NCBI RefSeq assembly: GCF_006345805.1
Contig: NC_043023.1
Coordinates: 13,392,001-13,456,000 of the forward strand
Direction of reading: 5' to 3'
DNA: 64,000 nucleotides
DNA from: Octopus sinensis
Lineage: Eukaryota
Shown here piece after piece: positions 11,607 through 24,367 of this stretch; within the stretch, counting starts at the first letter, position 1, and each line of letters opens with the position of its first letter. Under the pieces are notes generated by a model. That model was not told the DNA's origin, ran no database searches, and saw only the letters and a list, made by a program, of their open reading frames with translations. Both the position numbers and the translations under genes were made by a program.

Positions 11607-12066
11607 ATTCAATTCAATTTTTTGGCTCAAAAAGCGAAAAGCAAGGCCATGGAGTTATGTACAGGGAGGGTGGTCATGAAAAGAGTTCAGGCCATTTCTA
11701 GTCAAGAGAGACTTTGAACCGAGCGGTCGTCAGCATCTTCACTATCTCATCCGGCAGCTTATTCCATGGATCCGCCAACCAGACGGAGAAAGCCCCTCTC
11801 CTTCAATTGAGATGAAATCGTCGCAGATAGAGCTTTTCGGAGTGACCCCGCAGCCGATGCTCTGGAGCAGGAGTGAAGAACAGCTCTTTCAAGATGTTAC
11901 ACTTTTCGCTTATGATGTTGTGAGCAAGAATGAGATCTCCACGGCGTCGTCGTTTTTCTAGAGAATAAAGGTCGAGCGTCTTCAGCCTTTCTTCATAAGA
12001 CAAATGCTCGAGACCAAGAACCATGCGGGTAGCCAGCTTCTGGACTCTTACGAGATGATGTATGTC
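11313..12066 (-). mobile_element. CR1/L2-group LINE 3' fragment, tandem (long plus short) copy
   Basis: Translation LSYEERLKTLDLYSLEKRRRRGDLI...LRGHSEKL is the typical CR1-group ORF2 C-terminus. Microsatellite tails (TAAC)n and (ATTGA)n. Confidence 0.85.
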
Positions 12067-12772
12067 TTTATATTCATTCTTTTATTTTGTTTATTAGTTT
12101 CAGTCATTTGATAGCGGCCATGCTGGAGCACTGCCTTTAGTCAAACAAACTGACCCCAGGACTTACCCTTTGTAAGCCTAACACTTATTCTATCGGGCTC
12201 TTTTGCCGAACCGCTAGGTTACAGGAACGTAAACACACCAACATCGATTGTCAAGCGATGTTGGGTGGGACAAACACAGATACACAAACATATACACACA
12301 CATATATATATATATTTATATTTCCTGAGCGCCATACTAATACAATTGTTCGTTTGTTTTCCACCTGCCTTCGTCTTTTGTCTATTTTCATAAAGCTTCC
12401 CGTTATATATATATATATACATATACACGACGGAATTTGAATATAACTTTGAATATAATAGGCCGAACTGCTCGTGTCTTTGACCTCGTGTTAATATCTG
12501 GCGTGCGGTTCAACAAATTATATTTCATGACGAATCTTACTGATGATCTGTGGATTTATTGTGTAAGTAAAATTGCATAATTTATTAACAGTGAAACAAT
12601 TGTCTGGGGTTAATCTATATTTTTGTTATTTTTCATTTGCCCTGCTCGTTTACGTTCATAGTGTGCTAAATTCTTCTCGAGAACAATTCTTAGTGGTTCA
12701 GACCCTTGCGGATCTATTTTTAGCATTAGAGCGTCCACATAGTGGATTCTCTCTCATATTTGTATATATATT

Positions 12773-12807
<35 letters not shown>

Positions 12808-13479
12808 TAAATTTATATAATGAGAGTAGAAATTAATATTATTAAATAGTATCAATTTAAACCAGTGGTCACCATACTTAAAAACTGTCTGAGGACTATA
12901 AATTATACTTAAATATATAAAAAGGAGGAAGAACCACCAGGTATGCTAATTTTGAGGACACATTCTTTGTGGTAAGATGATTTAGCATCTATTTCTAGCA
13001 TATTAGGAAGCCACCTGGTGGTTTTTCCTCTTATATATATATGTCTTTCTCTTTTTCTTTTCTCTTTTACTTGTTTCAGTCATTTGACTGCGGCCATGCT
13101 GGAGCACCGCCTTTAATCGAGCAACTCGACCCCGGGACTTATTCTTTTGTAAGCCCAGTACTTATTCTATCGGTCTCTTTTGCCAAACCGCTAAGTGACG
13201 GGGACGTAAACACACCAGCATCGGCTGTCAAGCAATGCTAGGGGGACAAACACAGACACACAAACACACACACGCATATATATATATATACATATATACG
13301 ATGGGCTTCTTTCAGTTTCCGTCTACCAAATCCACTCACAAGGCTTTGGTCGGCCCGAGGCTATAGTAGAAGACACTTGCCCAAGGTGCCACACAGTGGG
13401 ACTGAACCCGGAACCATGTGGTTGGTAAGCAAGCTACTTACCACACAGCCACTCCTATGCCTATCTATATATATATATA

Positions 13480-14345
13480 TTGATAAAACGGTAAGATAAC
13501 AAAAGAAAGAAAGAGACCTCAATATTATGTAACAATTTAAAAATTAGTTTTAGTTCAACTACCAATTTTAAAAACATAATCAATCATAACATACAAAAAA
13601 CACAAGAAGAAAACAGCTGTTCATGCAGGAATAAAGAATTGTGCCTGCTAAATGGAGCTTGCATGTCCAAGACCATCATATATGAAGCTACCGTAAACTC
13701 TATAACCACTAAAGACACCGTTTCGACGAAGAAATACGTGGGCCTGACAGAGGGTAATTTCAAGGCCAGGTTCAATAACCATACTTTGAGCTTTAGGCAC
13801 TGGAACAAAAGAAAAGCGACACAATTATCCAATCATATTTGGTCTTTAAGAGATAAAGGTGTCGATTATAACATACAATGGAAGATTTTGGCCAGATGTA
13901 AGCCCTATACTAACGGCAGCGGAAGGTGCGGTTTATGCGACATGGAGAGATGGCTTATCTGGAAAAGCAGCTTAGACCCTACCACATGTCTAAATACAAG
14001 GACAGAGCTTTTCGGATCATGCCCACATGTGACTAAATTTCTGTTACGTTTTTGGTCCCCTAAAGAAAACGGATAGAACATGCTTTCTGTGTTATGTCCC
14101 AAGAAGATTTTATATATTTTTATATATTTTTATATATTTTTATGTATTTTTATATAATTTTTATGACGAAAAATGCGAGCGATGTATAAGTACACAGACA
14201 AAGCAGAGTTATAACAGAGTAATTTCCCTTCATTTTTAACGGTATTTTTTCATAACGTTTTCAAATAGCCAGATAACCGAAGAGATGGTGTTGTGGATTT
14301 CCACTTCGGCATCTGAAACTCAGAGTTTTATCTTGACTACCGAGT
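13480..14345 (+). mobile_element. Penelope-like element 3' fragment: GIY-YIG endonuclease ORF (13639-14076) plus terminal hammerhead-like motif
   Basis: ORF has CLLNGAC, IIYEATV, KYVGLTEGNFKARFNNH, LSNHIW.L, CGLC..E and LN.RTEL...C.H, typical of PLE GIY-YIG C-termini. No RT is present, so it is 5'-truncated. Confidence 0.85.
14272..14332 (+). ncRNA. Hammerhead-like motif (U4C core variant) at the Penelope fragment terminus
   Basis: Stem I GATAA/TTATC, core CCGAAGA, stem II GATG/CATC with inner GTGG/CCAC, one extra T, GAAA, stem III ACTC-A-GAGT, triplet GTT. Confidence 0.6.
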
Positions 14346-14369
14346 AATGTAACATATTGTATAGATATA

Positions 14370-14401
<32 letters not shown>

Positions 14402-14959
14402 CATATATACGACGGGCTTCTTTCAGTTTCCGTCAACCAAATCCACTCACAAGGCTCTGGTCGGCCTGAGGCTATAGTAGAAGACATGCAGTAGAAGGTG
14501 CCATGCAGTGGGATTGAACCCAGAACCATGTGGTTGGGAAGCAAGCTTCTTACCACACAGCCCCATCTGCACCTATGATAATATTTGTCTTGTGTGTCAA
14601 TCCTGTTCACTCAATAAATTTCAATCACCCCCTCCCCCCCCCCTCTCTCTCTCTCTCTGTATCTATATCTGTCACTTTCTCTTTCTCACTCTCCATATCT
14701 CCATCTGCTTCTTACTCTCTCCCTTCTCTCCACATCACTCCCTCTCCCAGCATGGAAAATGGACATTAAATGATGGTGGTGGTGATGATGATGATGATGA
14801 CGGTGACTATAAAGGAGAGAGGGGAGAAGTGGTCAAGGAAGGAGAAGTGGTCAGAGAGGTTGAGAGGTAAAGGGAGAGAAAAGTGGACAGACAGGTGGAC
14901 ATTGAGGAGTGCACAGGCATACAGACAGACAGCTAGACAGAGATGTAGAGAGAGAGACA

Positions 14960-15850
14960 AAGGGATACAGGTAGATAGAGAGGGAACCGGATAGACAGGT
15001 AGAAAGAGTGATAAAACAAGAAAATGATTGATGGATCAGCTGATTGAAATATTAATCAATCAAACTGACAGATTGATCTCCTGGATGGATGGATGGATGG
15101 ATAGATGGACAGACAGACAGATAGATAAACAGATAGATAGATATATAGATTGATAGATAGATTCGTAGGTAGGTAGGTAGGTAGGTAGATAGATAGATAG
15201 ATAGATAGATAGATGGATGGACGGAGGACGGACGGATAGATAAATAGAGAGATAGACAGATAGAGATAGACAGATAGAGAGAGACAGATAGACAGACAGA
15301 CAGATATATAGATAGTGTGAGAGATAAACAGATAGATAGATAGACAGACAGACAGATAAATAGATAGATAGTGTGAGAGATAGACAGATAGATTTCATAG
15401 ATAGATAGATAGATAGACAGATGGACGGACAGACGGATAGAGAGATAGATAGATAGACAGATAGAGAGAAAGAGACAGATAGACAAAGAGAGACAGATAG
15501 ATAGAGAGAGAGAGAGAGAGACAGATAGATACAGATAGACAGAGAGATATAGATAGACAGATAGACAGAAAGACACAGAGAGATATGGACGGATAGACAG
15601 ACGGATACATACATACATACATATATACATACCTACATACATACATACACACAGACATATATACATATATACATACATACATACACACATACATATATAC
15701 ATACATACATACACACATACATATATACATACATACACACATACATATATACATACATACATACATACATACACACACATACATGCATACAAACATACAT
15801 ACATACACACATACATGCATACATAGATACAAACAGAGACAGATGGAGAG
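14960..15850. repeat. Compound (GATA)n/(GACA)n/(TACA)n microsatellite; similar (TCTA)n block at 54840-55520
   Basis: Seen directly. Confidence 0.95.
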
Positions 15851-16699
15851 GCAGAGACAAACAGACAACCAGAGAGTTGGACAGAGTGACACAGACAAAC
15901 TGACAGCATAATGTAAAGCCTTGACCAAAGTCCAGAGTGCAGCACCCACCCAAACAGTAATGGTCAAAATAAAGGACACACAGACACAATAAGAGAAGGG
16001 ATGGCGTAGGGGGTGGGGGGGAACAAGGGGTCAATGGGACTGAAGAAATAACTGGACAATGGGCTGAAACTACAAAGTTTCTACATCAGAATAGCCATTA
16101 TATTAGTCTGTGGCCATGCTTGGGCACCACCTTCAAGAGGGTTTAAATCAAAGAAATTGACCCCAGTGATTTTGGGATTATTTTTTTTTTGGTACGTTTG
16201 GCACATATTTTATCAGTCTCTTTTGCTGAACCGCATGGTTCTGGGTTCAGTCCCACTGCGTGGTACTTTGGGACAAGTGTCTTCTACTATAGCCACGGGC
16301 CGACCAAAGCCTTGTGAGTGGATTTGGTAGAAGGAAACTGAAAGAAGCCCGTCGTATATATATATATATATATACACACATATATATATATATGAGGCAC
16401 AATGGCCCAGTGGTTAGGGCAGCGGACTCGCGGTCATAGGATCGCAGTTTCGATTCCCAGACCGGGCGTTGTGAGTGTTTATTGAGCAAAAACACCTTTA
16501 TATTTTACTGTTATCAGTCAATAGTCTGTGGCCATGCTGGGGCACCACCTTCAAGAGGGTTTAAATCATAGAAATTGACCCCAGTGATTTTTGAATTTTT
16601 TTTTTTCCTTTTTACGTTTGGCACATATTTTATCAGTCTCTTTTGCTGAACCACATGCAATATTTTTCGCTGTGTATTTATGGTGAAAAAGATTGTATA

Positions 16700-17395
16700 G
16701 GCGTAGGAGTAGCTGTGTGGTAAGTAGCTTGCTTACCAACCACATGGTTTCGGGTTCAGTCCCACTGCGCGGCACCTTGGGCAAGTGCCTTCTACTATAG
16801 CCTCGGGCTGACCAATGCCTTGTGAGTGGATTTGGTAGGTGGAAACTGAAAGAAGCCCATCGTGTGTGTATATATAGGCATAGGAGTGGCTGTGTGGTAA
16901 GTAGCTTGTTTACCAACCACATGGTTTCGGGTTCAGTCCCACTGCGCGGCACCTTGGGCAAGTGTCTTCTACTATAGCCTCGGGCTGACCAATGCCTTGT
17001 GAGTGGATTTGGTAGGTGGAAACTGAAAGAAGCCCATCGTGTGTGTATATATAGGCATAGGAGTGGCTGTGTGGTAAGTAGCTTGTTTACCAACCACATG
17101 GTTTCGGGTTCAGTCCCACTGCGCGGCACCTTGGGCAAGTGTCTTCTACTATAGCCTCGGGCTGACCAATGCCTTGTGAGTGGATTTGGTAGGTGGAAAC
17201 TGAAAGAAGCCCATCGTGTGTGTATATATAGGCATAGGAGTGGCTGTGTGGTAAGTAGCTTGTTTACCAACCACATGGTTTCGGGTTCAGTCCCACTGCG
17301 TGGCACCTTGAGCAAGTGCCTTCTGCTATAGCCTCGGGCTGACCAAAGCCTTGTGAGTGGATTTGGTAGACGGAAACTGAAAGAAGCCCGTCATA
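16700..17395 (+). repeat. Four tandem 177-bp copies of the SINE-A 5' half
   Basis: Unit starts at 16700, 16877, 17054 and 17231. Confidence 0.95.
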
Positions 17396-17416
17396 TATAT
17401 ATATATATATACACAA

Positions 17417-17685
17417 GGCACAATGGCCCAGTGGTTAGGGCAGCGGATTCGCGGTCGTAGGATCGCAGTTTCAATTCCCAGACCGAGAATTGTGAGTGTT
17501 TATTGAGCGAAACACCTAAAGCTCCATGAGGCTCTGGCGGGGGGGGGGGGCGAACCCTGCTGTCGTCTTTCGCCACAACTTTCTTTCACTCTTTCTTCCG
17601 TTGGCCTGCTCGCTTAGCTAAAACAATGCGAAGCACATTGTGACCAGCGATGTGTAGCAACATCTGATAGTCTGGTCGGCCATGG
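17417..17685 (+). mobile_element. tRNA-Arg-like SINE (family C); partial copy at 16396-16497
   Basis: tggcccagtggttagggcagcgga(c/t)tcgcggtc...tcgattccc head, anticodon-like TCG in the 16396 copy. Confidence 0.65.
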
Positions 17686-18096
17686 TGATATATATATATG
17701 TGTTTGTGTGTCTGTGTTTGTTCCCCCAACATCGCTTGACAACCGATGCTGGTGTGTTTACATCCCCATCACTTAGCGGTTCAGCAAAACAAACCGATAG
17801 AATTAGTACTAGGCTTACAATGAATAAGTCCTGGGGTCGATTTGCTCGACTTAAGGCGGTGCTCCAACATGGCCACATTCAAATGACCAAAAAAATATAT
17901 ATATATGTAGGGGCTTTGACTGCTCCTTCTAGTATGTAAGGCTACCTCTTAAGGGTCGCCTCTTTTGTGTTTAAATGTACACTAATTTTATATATATATA
18001 TATATAGGGAGAGTTTATGAAAAAAACAAAAGACGAAGACAGGTGGTGTAGAAAACAAACAGATGTATTAGTATAACGCTCAGGAATAGAAAATGT

Positions 18097-18132
18097 CTTT
18101 TACATTTCGAGCCTACGCTCTTCTACAGAAAG
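18097..18132 (-). ncRNA. Minimal hammerhead-like motif (family H2), second copy in element about 18010-18150
   Basis: Minus strand reads CTTT-CTGTAGA-A-GAGC(GTAG)GCTC-GAAA-TGT-A-AAAG. Flanks match 34050-34150 and a truncated copy at 12315-12410. Confidence 0.5.
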
Positions 18133-18189
18133 GGACACAGAAAACAAGGAGAGAAAACAAATGTGTGTAGTGGCTACCGATCTATCATA

Positions 18190-18625
18190 TATATACAAGG
18201 ACAAACTAAAAGACAATCTGAAGCATTGTGACATTGCTCTGAGCTCCTGGGAGAGTGCAGCAGGGGATCGCAGCAAATGGAGGAAAATGTGTTTCCTAAA
18301 GACTAGAGAATTTGAAAGTAACCGTCTTCGTCATAGGGACGCTCTTCGTGCAAATTCGAAAGCAAGGCATCATCAGCAAAATCCACCAAACAATGACTGT
18401 GTGTGTCACTGTGGGTTTAAAGCACGAAGCTAAGCTGGGTCAGCTGTCCACTCGAGAAGACATTTTGAACCAACGAATACATGCAGGTGTACCATTTGCG
18501 AGAAAGTGTACAAGACATCTGCTGGATTGAAGGTACACTTGCGGTGTCACAAGGCTTAGGAATTGTTGAAGGTTATTTACTGAACCCTCATTCATCGTCT
18601 TCGATGAGGGAATCCACCATATAGT
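18190..18625 (+). mobile_element. RTE-clade LINE 3' fragment with C-terminal zinc-finger-like end, frameshifted
   Basis: YKDKLKDNLKHCDIALSSWESAAGDRSKWR...CVCHCGFKARS continuing as LGQLSH.R. Confidence 0.65.
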
Positions 18626-20389
18626 TGGAATTTACAGAAAGACAAAAGACGAACACAGGGGTATGAACAACAGGCAGGTGTATTAGTTTGACTTTCAGGA
18701 AGTGATATAACCCTAACCCTAGCTTGCTTACCAACCACATGGTTCCGGGTTCAGTCCCACTGCATGGCACCTTGGGCAAGTGTCTTCTACTATAGCCTCG
18801 GGCCGACCAAAGCCTTGTGAGTGGATTTGGTAGACGGAAACTGAAAGAAGCCCGTCGTATATATGTATATATATATATATATGTATGTGTACGTGTGTGT
18901 GTGTGTTTGTGTGTCTGTGTGTGTGTTTGCACCCCTAGCATTGCTTAACAACCGATGCTGGTGTGTTTATGTCCCCGTTACTTAGTGGTTCAGCAAAAGA
19001 GACCAATAGAATAAGTACTGGGCTTACAAAAGAATAAGTCCCGGGGTCGAGTTGCTTGACTAAAGGCGGTGCTCCAGCATGGCCGCAGTCAAATGACTGA
19101 AACAAGTAAAAGAGTAAAGAGTATATATGTGTGTGTGTATCTTTGAGCCTTGACAACTGGTGTTGGTGTGTTTCTGTCCCTGTAACAGTTCGGCAAAAGG
19201 GGACAATAACATAAGTCACCAGGCATTAAATTTGTTAGACTAAAAAAATTATCCTTCAAGGTGGTGCCCCAGCATGGCCACACTCAACCAGCTTAAGTAG
19301 AAAACTGGAGATAAAAGTATATAAACAGAGGCATGTATGTAAAAAAACAAGATGACCTTTGACCCAAGTGGAGGGTGGAGGAGGAGAAGGCATGAATAAT
19401 GTTTTGAAGGAGGAGGAGGAAGAGGAGGTGATCTGTATCAGCTGTTTCAAAAGATGTGTATGGGAGGGTTGGGTGAACGTGTGTGTGTGAGAATATCAAA
19501 TGTGTATGAATCGGTTGGGGTGGGGTGGGGGAGCGTGCCAGATTTGCATGTGGGTGCAGGGGTGTATACGAATCAGCTTTTGCACGTGTGTGTGTGGTGT
19601 ATCCATTATGTAAATTAATTAAGGTGGGGGGAGCTAAAACCAATTAGGGCAGGTGGGGGTGTAAAAACCAATTAGGGCAGGGGGGGTTGCAAATTAATTA
19701 GGGTGAGAAGTGAAAAATCAAATAGGGTGGGCTGGGTATAATTTAAGTAGGGTGGGTGAAGGTATAAATTAGGGTCTGTGTGCTTGTTTGTCAGTTTGTG
19801 CATGTATAGGTGCAGGAGTGGTTGTGTGGTAAGTAGCTTGCTTACCAACCACATGGTTCCGGGTTCAGTCCCACTGCATGGCATCTTGGGCAAGTGTCTT
19901 CTGCTATAGCCTCGGGCCGACCAAAGCCTTGTGGGTGGATTTGGTAGACAGAAACTGAAAGAAGCCCGTCATATATATTGTATATATGTGTTTGCGTGTA
20001 TGTCTGTGTTTGTCCCCCTAGCATTGCTTGACAACCGATGCTGGTGTGTTTATGTCCCCGTTACTTAGCGGTTCGGCAAAAGAGACCGACAGAATAAGTA
20101 CTGGGCTTACAAAAGTATAAGTCCCGGGGTCGAGTTGCTCGATTAAAGGCGGTGCTCCAGCATGGCCGCAGTCAAATGACTGAAACAAGTAAAGGAGTAT
20201 ATCAAGCATGTGTGTGCATGATTATTAAGTGCATGCATGTGTGTAAGATGTGTATGTATGTGTGAATATCAATTGTATGCATATATGTGTATGCATGAGT
20301 GTCATGTACATGTGTGTGCATACATGAGAATCAAGTGTGTGAGTGTGTATGTATGAGTATCAGTTGCCAGCGCCGCCCCGACTAGCTTC

Positions 20390-21670
20390 CGTGCCGGTGG
20401 TGTGTAAACACCATCATCCGATCGTGGCCATTGCCAGCCTCGCCTGGCCTCTGTGCCGGTGGCATGTAAAAAGCACCATCCGATCGTGGCCATTGCCAGC
20501 CTCGCCTGGCCTCCGTGCCGGTGGCATGTAAAAAGCACCATCCGATCGTGGCCGTTTGCCAGCCTCGCCTGGCCTCTGTGCCGGTGGCATGTAAAAAGCA
20601 CCATCCGATCGTGGCCATTTGCCAGCCTCGCCTGGCCTCCGTGCCGGTGGCATGTAAAAAGCACCATCCGATCGTGGCCATTTGCCAGCCTCGCCTGGCC
20701 TCTGTGCGGTGGCATGTAAAAAGCACCATCCGATCGTGGCCATTTGCCAGCCTCGCCTGGCCTCCGTGCCGGTGGCATGTAAAAAGCACCATCCGATCGT
20801 GGCCATTTGCCAGCCTCGCCTGGCCTCTGTGCCGGTGGCATGTAAAAAGCACCATCCGATCGTGGCCATTTGCCAGCCTCGCCTGGCCTCCGTGCCGGTG
20901 GCATGTAAAAAGCACCATCCGATCGTGGCCATTTGCCAGCCTCGCCTGGCCTCTGTGCCGGTGGCATGTAAAAAGCACCATCCGATCGTGGCCATTTGCC
21001 AGCTTCGCCTGGCCTCCGTGCCGGTGGCATGTAAAAAGCACCATCCGATCGTGGCCATTTGCCAGCCTCGCCTGGCCTCTGTGCCGGTGGCATGTAAAAA
21101 GCACCATCCGATCGTGGCCATTTGCCAGCCTCGCCTGGCCTCCGTGCCGGTGGCATGTAAAAAGCACCATCCGATCGTGGCCATTTGCCAGCCTCGCCTG
21201 CCTCTGTGCCGGTGGCATGTAAAAAGCACCATCCGATCGTGGCCATCTTGCCATTTGCAGCCTCGCCTGGCCTCCGTGCCGGTGGCATGTAAAAAGCACC
21301 ATCCGATCGTGGCCATTTGCCAGCCTCGCATGGCCTCCATGCCGGTGGCATGTAAAAAGCACCATCCGATCGTGGCCATTTGCCAGCCTCGCCTGGCCTC
21401 TGTGCCGGTGGCATGTAAAAAGCACCATCCGATCGTGGCCGTTTGCCAGCCTCGCCTGGCCTCTGTGCCGGTGGCATGTAAAAAGCACCATCCGATCGTG
21501 GCCGTTTGCCAGCCTCGCATGGCCTCCGTGCTGGTGGCATGTAAAAAGCACCATCCGATCATGGCCATTTGCCAGCCTCGCATGGCCTCCGTGCCGGTGG
21601 CATGTAAAAAGCACCATCCGATCGTGGCCGTTTGCCAGCCTCGTCTGGCACCTGTGCTGGTGGCACGTAA
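20390..21670. repeat. 63-bp minisatellite (~20 copies) inside an RTE-tail element
   Basis: Unit gtggcatgtaaaaagcaccatccgatcgtggccatttgccagcctcgcctggcctc(t/c)gtgccg; period measured 20521 to 20584. Confidence 0.95.
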
Positions 21671-21999
21671 AAAATCACCCACTACACTCTTGGAGTGGTT
21701 GGCGTTAGGAAGAGCATCCAGCCATAGAAACATTGCCAGATCAGACTGGGCCTGGTGCAGCCTTCTGGCTTCCCAGACCCCAGTTGAACCGTCCAACCCA
21801 TGCTAGCATGGAAAGCGGACGCTAAACGATGATGATGATGATGTGTATGTGTGTGTTTATGTGTGTATGAGTATCAGATTCATGTGGTTTGCCTGGGGTC
21901 TGGGAAGCCAGGAGGCTGCACCAGGCTCCAGTCTGGTCTGGCAGAATTTCTACAGCTGGATGCCCTTCCTAACACCAACCAATCTGAGAGTGTAGTGGC

Positions 22000-22400
22000 T
22001 GCTTTTTATGTGCCACCAGCCAAAGTGGGCTGGCAACAACCACAATCAATTGGTGCTTTTTATGTGCCACCAGCCAAAGTGGGCTGGCAACAACCACAAT
22101 CAATTGGTGCTTTTTATGTGCCACCAGCCAAAGTGGGCTGGCAACAACCACAATCATTGGTGCTTTTTACGCGCCACCAGCCCAAGTGGGCTGGCAACAA
22201 CCACAATCAATTGGTGCTTTTTATGTGCCACCAGCCAAAGTGGGCTGGCAACAACCACAATCAATTGGTGCTTTTTATGTGCCACCAGCCAAAGTGGGCT
22301 GGCAACAACCACAATCAATTGGTGCTTTTTATGTGCCACCAGCCAAAGTGGGCTGGCAACAACCACAATCAATTGGTGCTTTTTACGCGCCACCAGCATG
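22000..22400. repeat. 54-bp minisatellite (~7 copies) inside an RTE-tail element
   Basis: Period measured 22201 to 22255. Confidence 0.9.
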
Positions 22401-23883
22401 GAAGCCAGTTAAGGTGGCACTGCCATCAGCCATGTTTGGAGGGTACTTTTTATGTGCCACTGGCACGGGGATCACAACTACAATTTCCATTTGTTTTTGA
22501 TGTACTTGACTCAAGAAGTCTCCGAAAGCACAGCATGTTGCCCTAGGATCCAAGGTACTTTTGAGTGGGTTGGTTATGCGACACTGGTATAGGTTACAGC
22601 GGTGAACTCACTTTATTTGCAGGGTCTTCTCAGTTACAGCATATCTCCAGAGGTCTCGGTCTTTCGTGATTGCCTCTGTAAGGCCCAATGTTCAAAGGTC
22701 ATGCTTCACCACCTCACCCTATGTCTTCCTGGGTCTTCCTCTACCCCAGATTCCTTCCACTGTTAGGGAGTGTCCCTTCTTCACACAGCTCCCCTCATAC
22801 ATCCATAATACATGACCATACCAACGTATTTCTTCTGCCGCTACATTCTGAGTTCAAATTCCGCTGTGGTCGACTTTGCCTTTCATCCTTTCAGGGTCGA
22901 TTAAATAAGTACCAGTTACGCACTGGGGTCGACATAATCGACTTAATCCGTGTGTCTGCCCATGTTTGTCCCCTCTGTGTTTAGCCCCTTGTGGGTAGTA
23001 AAGAAATAGGTATTTCGTCGGCCGCTACGTTCTGAGTTCAAATTCTGCCGAGGTCGACTTTGTCTTTCATCCTTTCGGGGTCGATAAATTAAGTACCAGT
23101 TACGCACTGGGGTCGATGTAATCGACTTAATCCGTTTGTCCCCTCTGTGTTAGCCCCTCATGGTAGTAAAGAAATAGTATTACGTCTGTCGTTAGGTTCT
23201 GAGTTCAAATTCCGCCGAGGTCAACTTTGCCTTTCATCCTTTCGGGGTCGATAAGTTAAGTACCAGTTACGCACTGGGGTCGATGTAATCGACTTAATCC
23301 GTTTGTCTGTCCTTGTTTGTTCCCTCTGTGTTTAGCCCCTTGTGGGTAGTAAAGAAATAAGTATTTCGTGTGCCATTACATTCTGAGTTCAAATTCCATG
23401 GAGGTCGACTTTGCCTTTCATCCTTTCAGGGTCGATTAAATAAGTACCAGTTACGCACTGGGGTCAATATAATCGACTTAATCCGTTTGTCTGTCCTTGT
23501 TTGTCCCCTCTATGTTTAGCCCCTTGTGGGCAATAAGGAAATAAGAAGGTAAGCAGGAATTTCAACAAGTTTACCCTTACACACAGACGAGAATGATCTA
23601 GAAAAGAAACTGGTGAAAATGATCTGGTAATTAGTGGTTCAGGTGAACAACTTCAATAATTGAGAGAGAGGCATATTATTGACACTTCTTTGTTTATATA
23701 TTGCGAGTAGGGACAGATAGCTGCCATCTCTAGCAGGCAAACATCCAGTACTGTGGACAGGGAGACACTGAGAAACCGGTTGATCTACTGGTTTGCTATG
23801 GTTGGAGTGGTTCGCTCCGTTACTAGCGATGAAACAGACACAGGTAGTGTGTTGTTAACCAGTAGGGAAAGATGTTTTCCTAG

Positions 23884-24367
23884 GGTTAACTCTTTCGTTA
23901 CCAACCCGGCAGAAACCGGCACTGGCTCTGAGTACAAATGTTTTGTTTTCATAAGTTTTGAATTAAAATCTTCCACCAAACCTTAGTCACAATTTATGTT
24001 CCTAACACTAGCTTCATGATAACCAAGTTATTTTACTAAATTCTTTGTTATATTTAGAATTAATTGAAAGAAACACAGAGCATCTCAACAGAAATATGGT
24101 AAGAAAAGGGTTAAAATATATAATAGAGAAACAATTCTTAACCCTTTTGATACAAACCTGGCTGAAACCACCTCTGACTCTGAGTACAAATGTCTTGTTT
24201 TCATAAGTTTTGAATTCAAATCTTCCACTAAACCGTAGTCACAATTTATGTTCCTAACACCAGCTGAAGGATGACTAAGTTGTTTTACTAAATTCTTTGT
24301 TATATTTAAAATTAATTGAAAGAAACACAGAGCATCTCAAAATAAATATAGCAACAAAAGGGTTAAA
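23884..24367. mobile_element. Two tandem piggyBac-like MITEs
   Basis: ttaac(c/t)ctt...aagggttaa ends with TTAA flanks; ~230-bp unit duplicated. Confidence 0.55.

Noticed and set aside
12530-12570. Hammerhead at CTGATGA-TC-TGTG-GA
   Set aside because: No GAAA element follows; at most a decayed remnant.
18709-18721. Interstitial telomeric repeat (CCCTAA)
   Set aside because: Only two units; similar runs are part of the hAT-like MITE.
20302-21806. Long repetitive ORFs of 235-460 aa (also 50688-52363, 26564-27255, 28407-29264)
   Set aside because: Open in several frames on both strands because of stop-poor tandem units; no recognisable domain.
23715-23740. CTCF site (gctgccatctctagc)
   Set aside because: Only the AGATGGCAGC half matches and the CCASY part is absent; not supportable.
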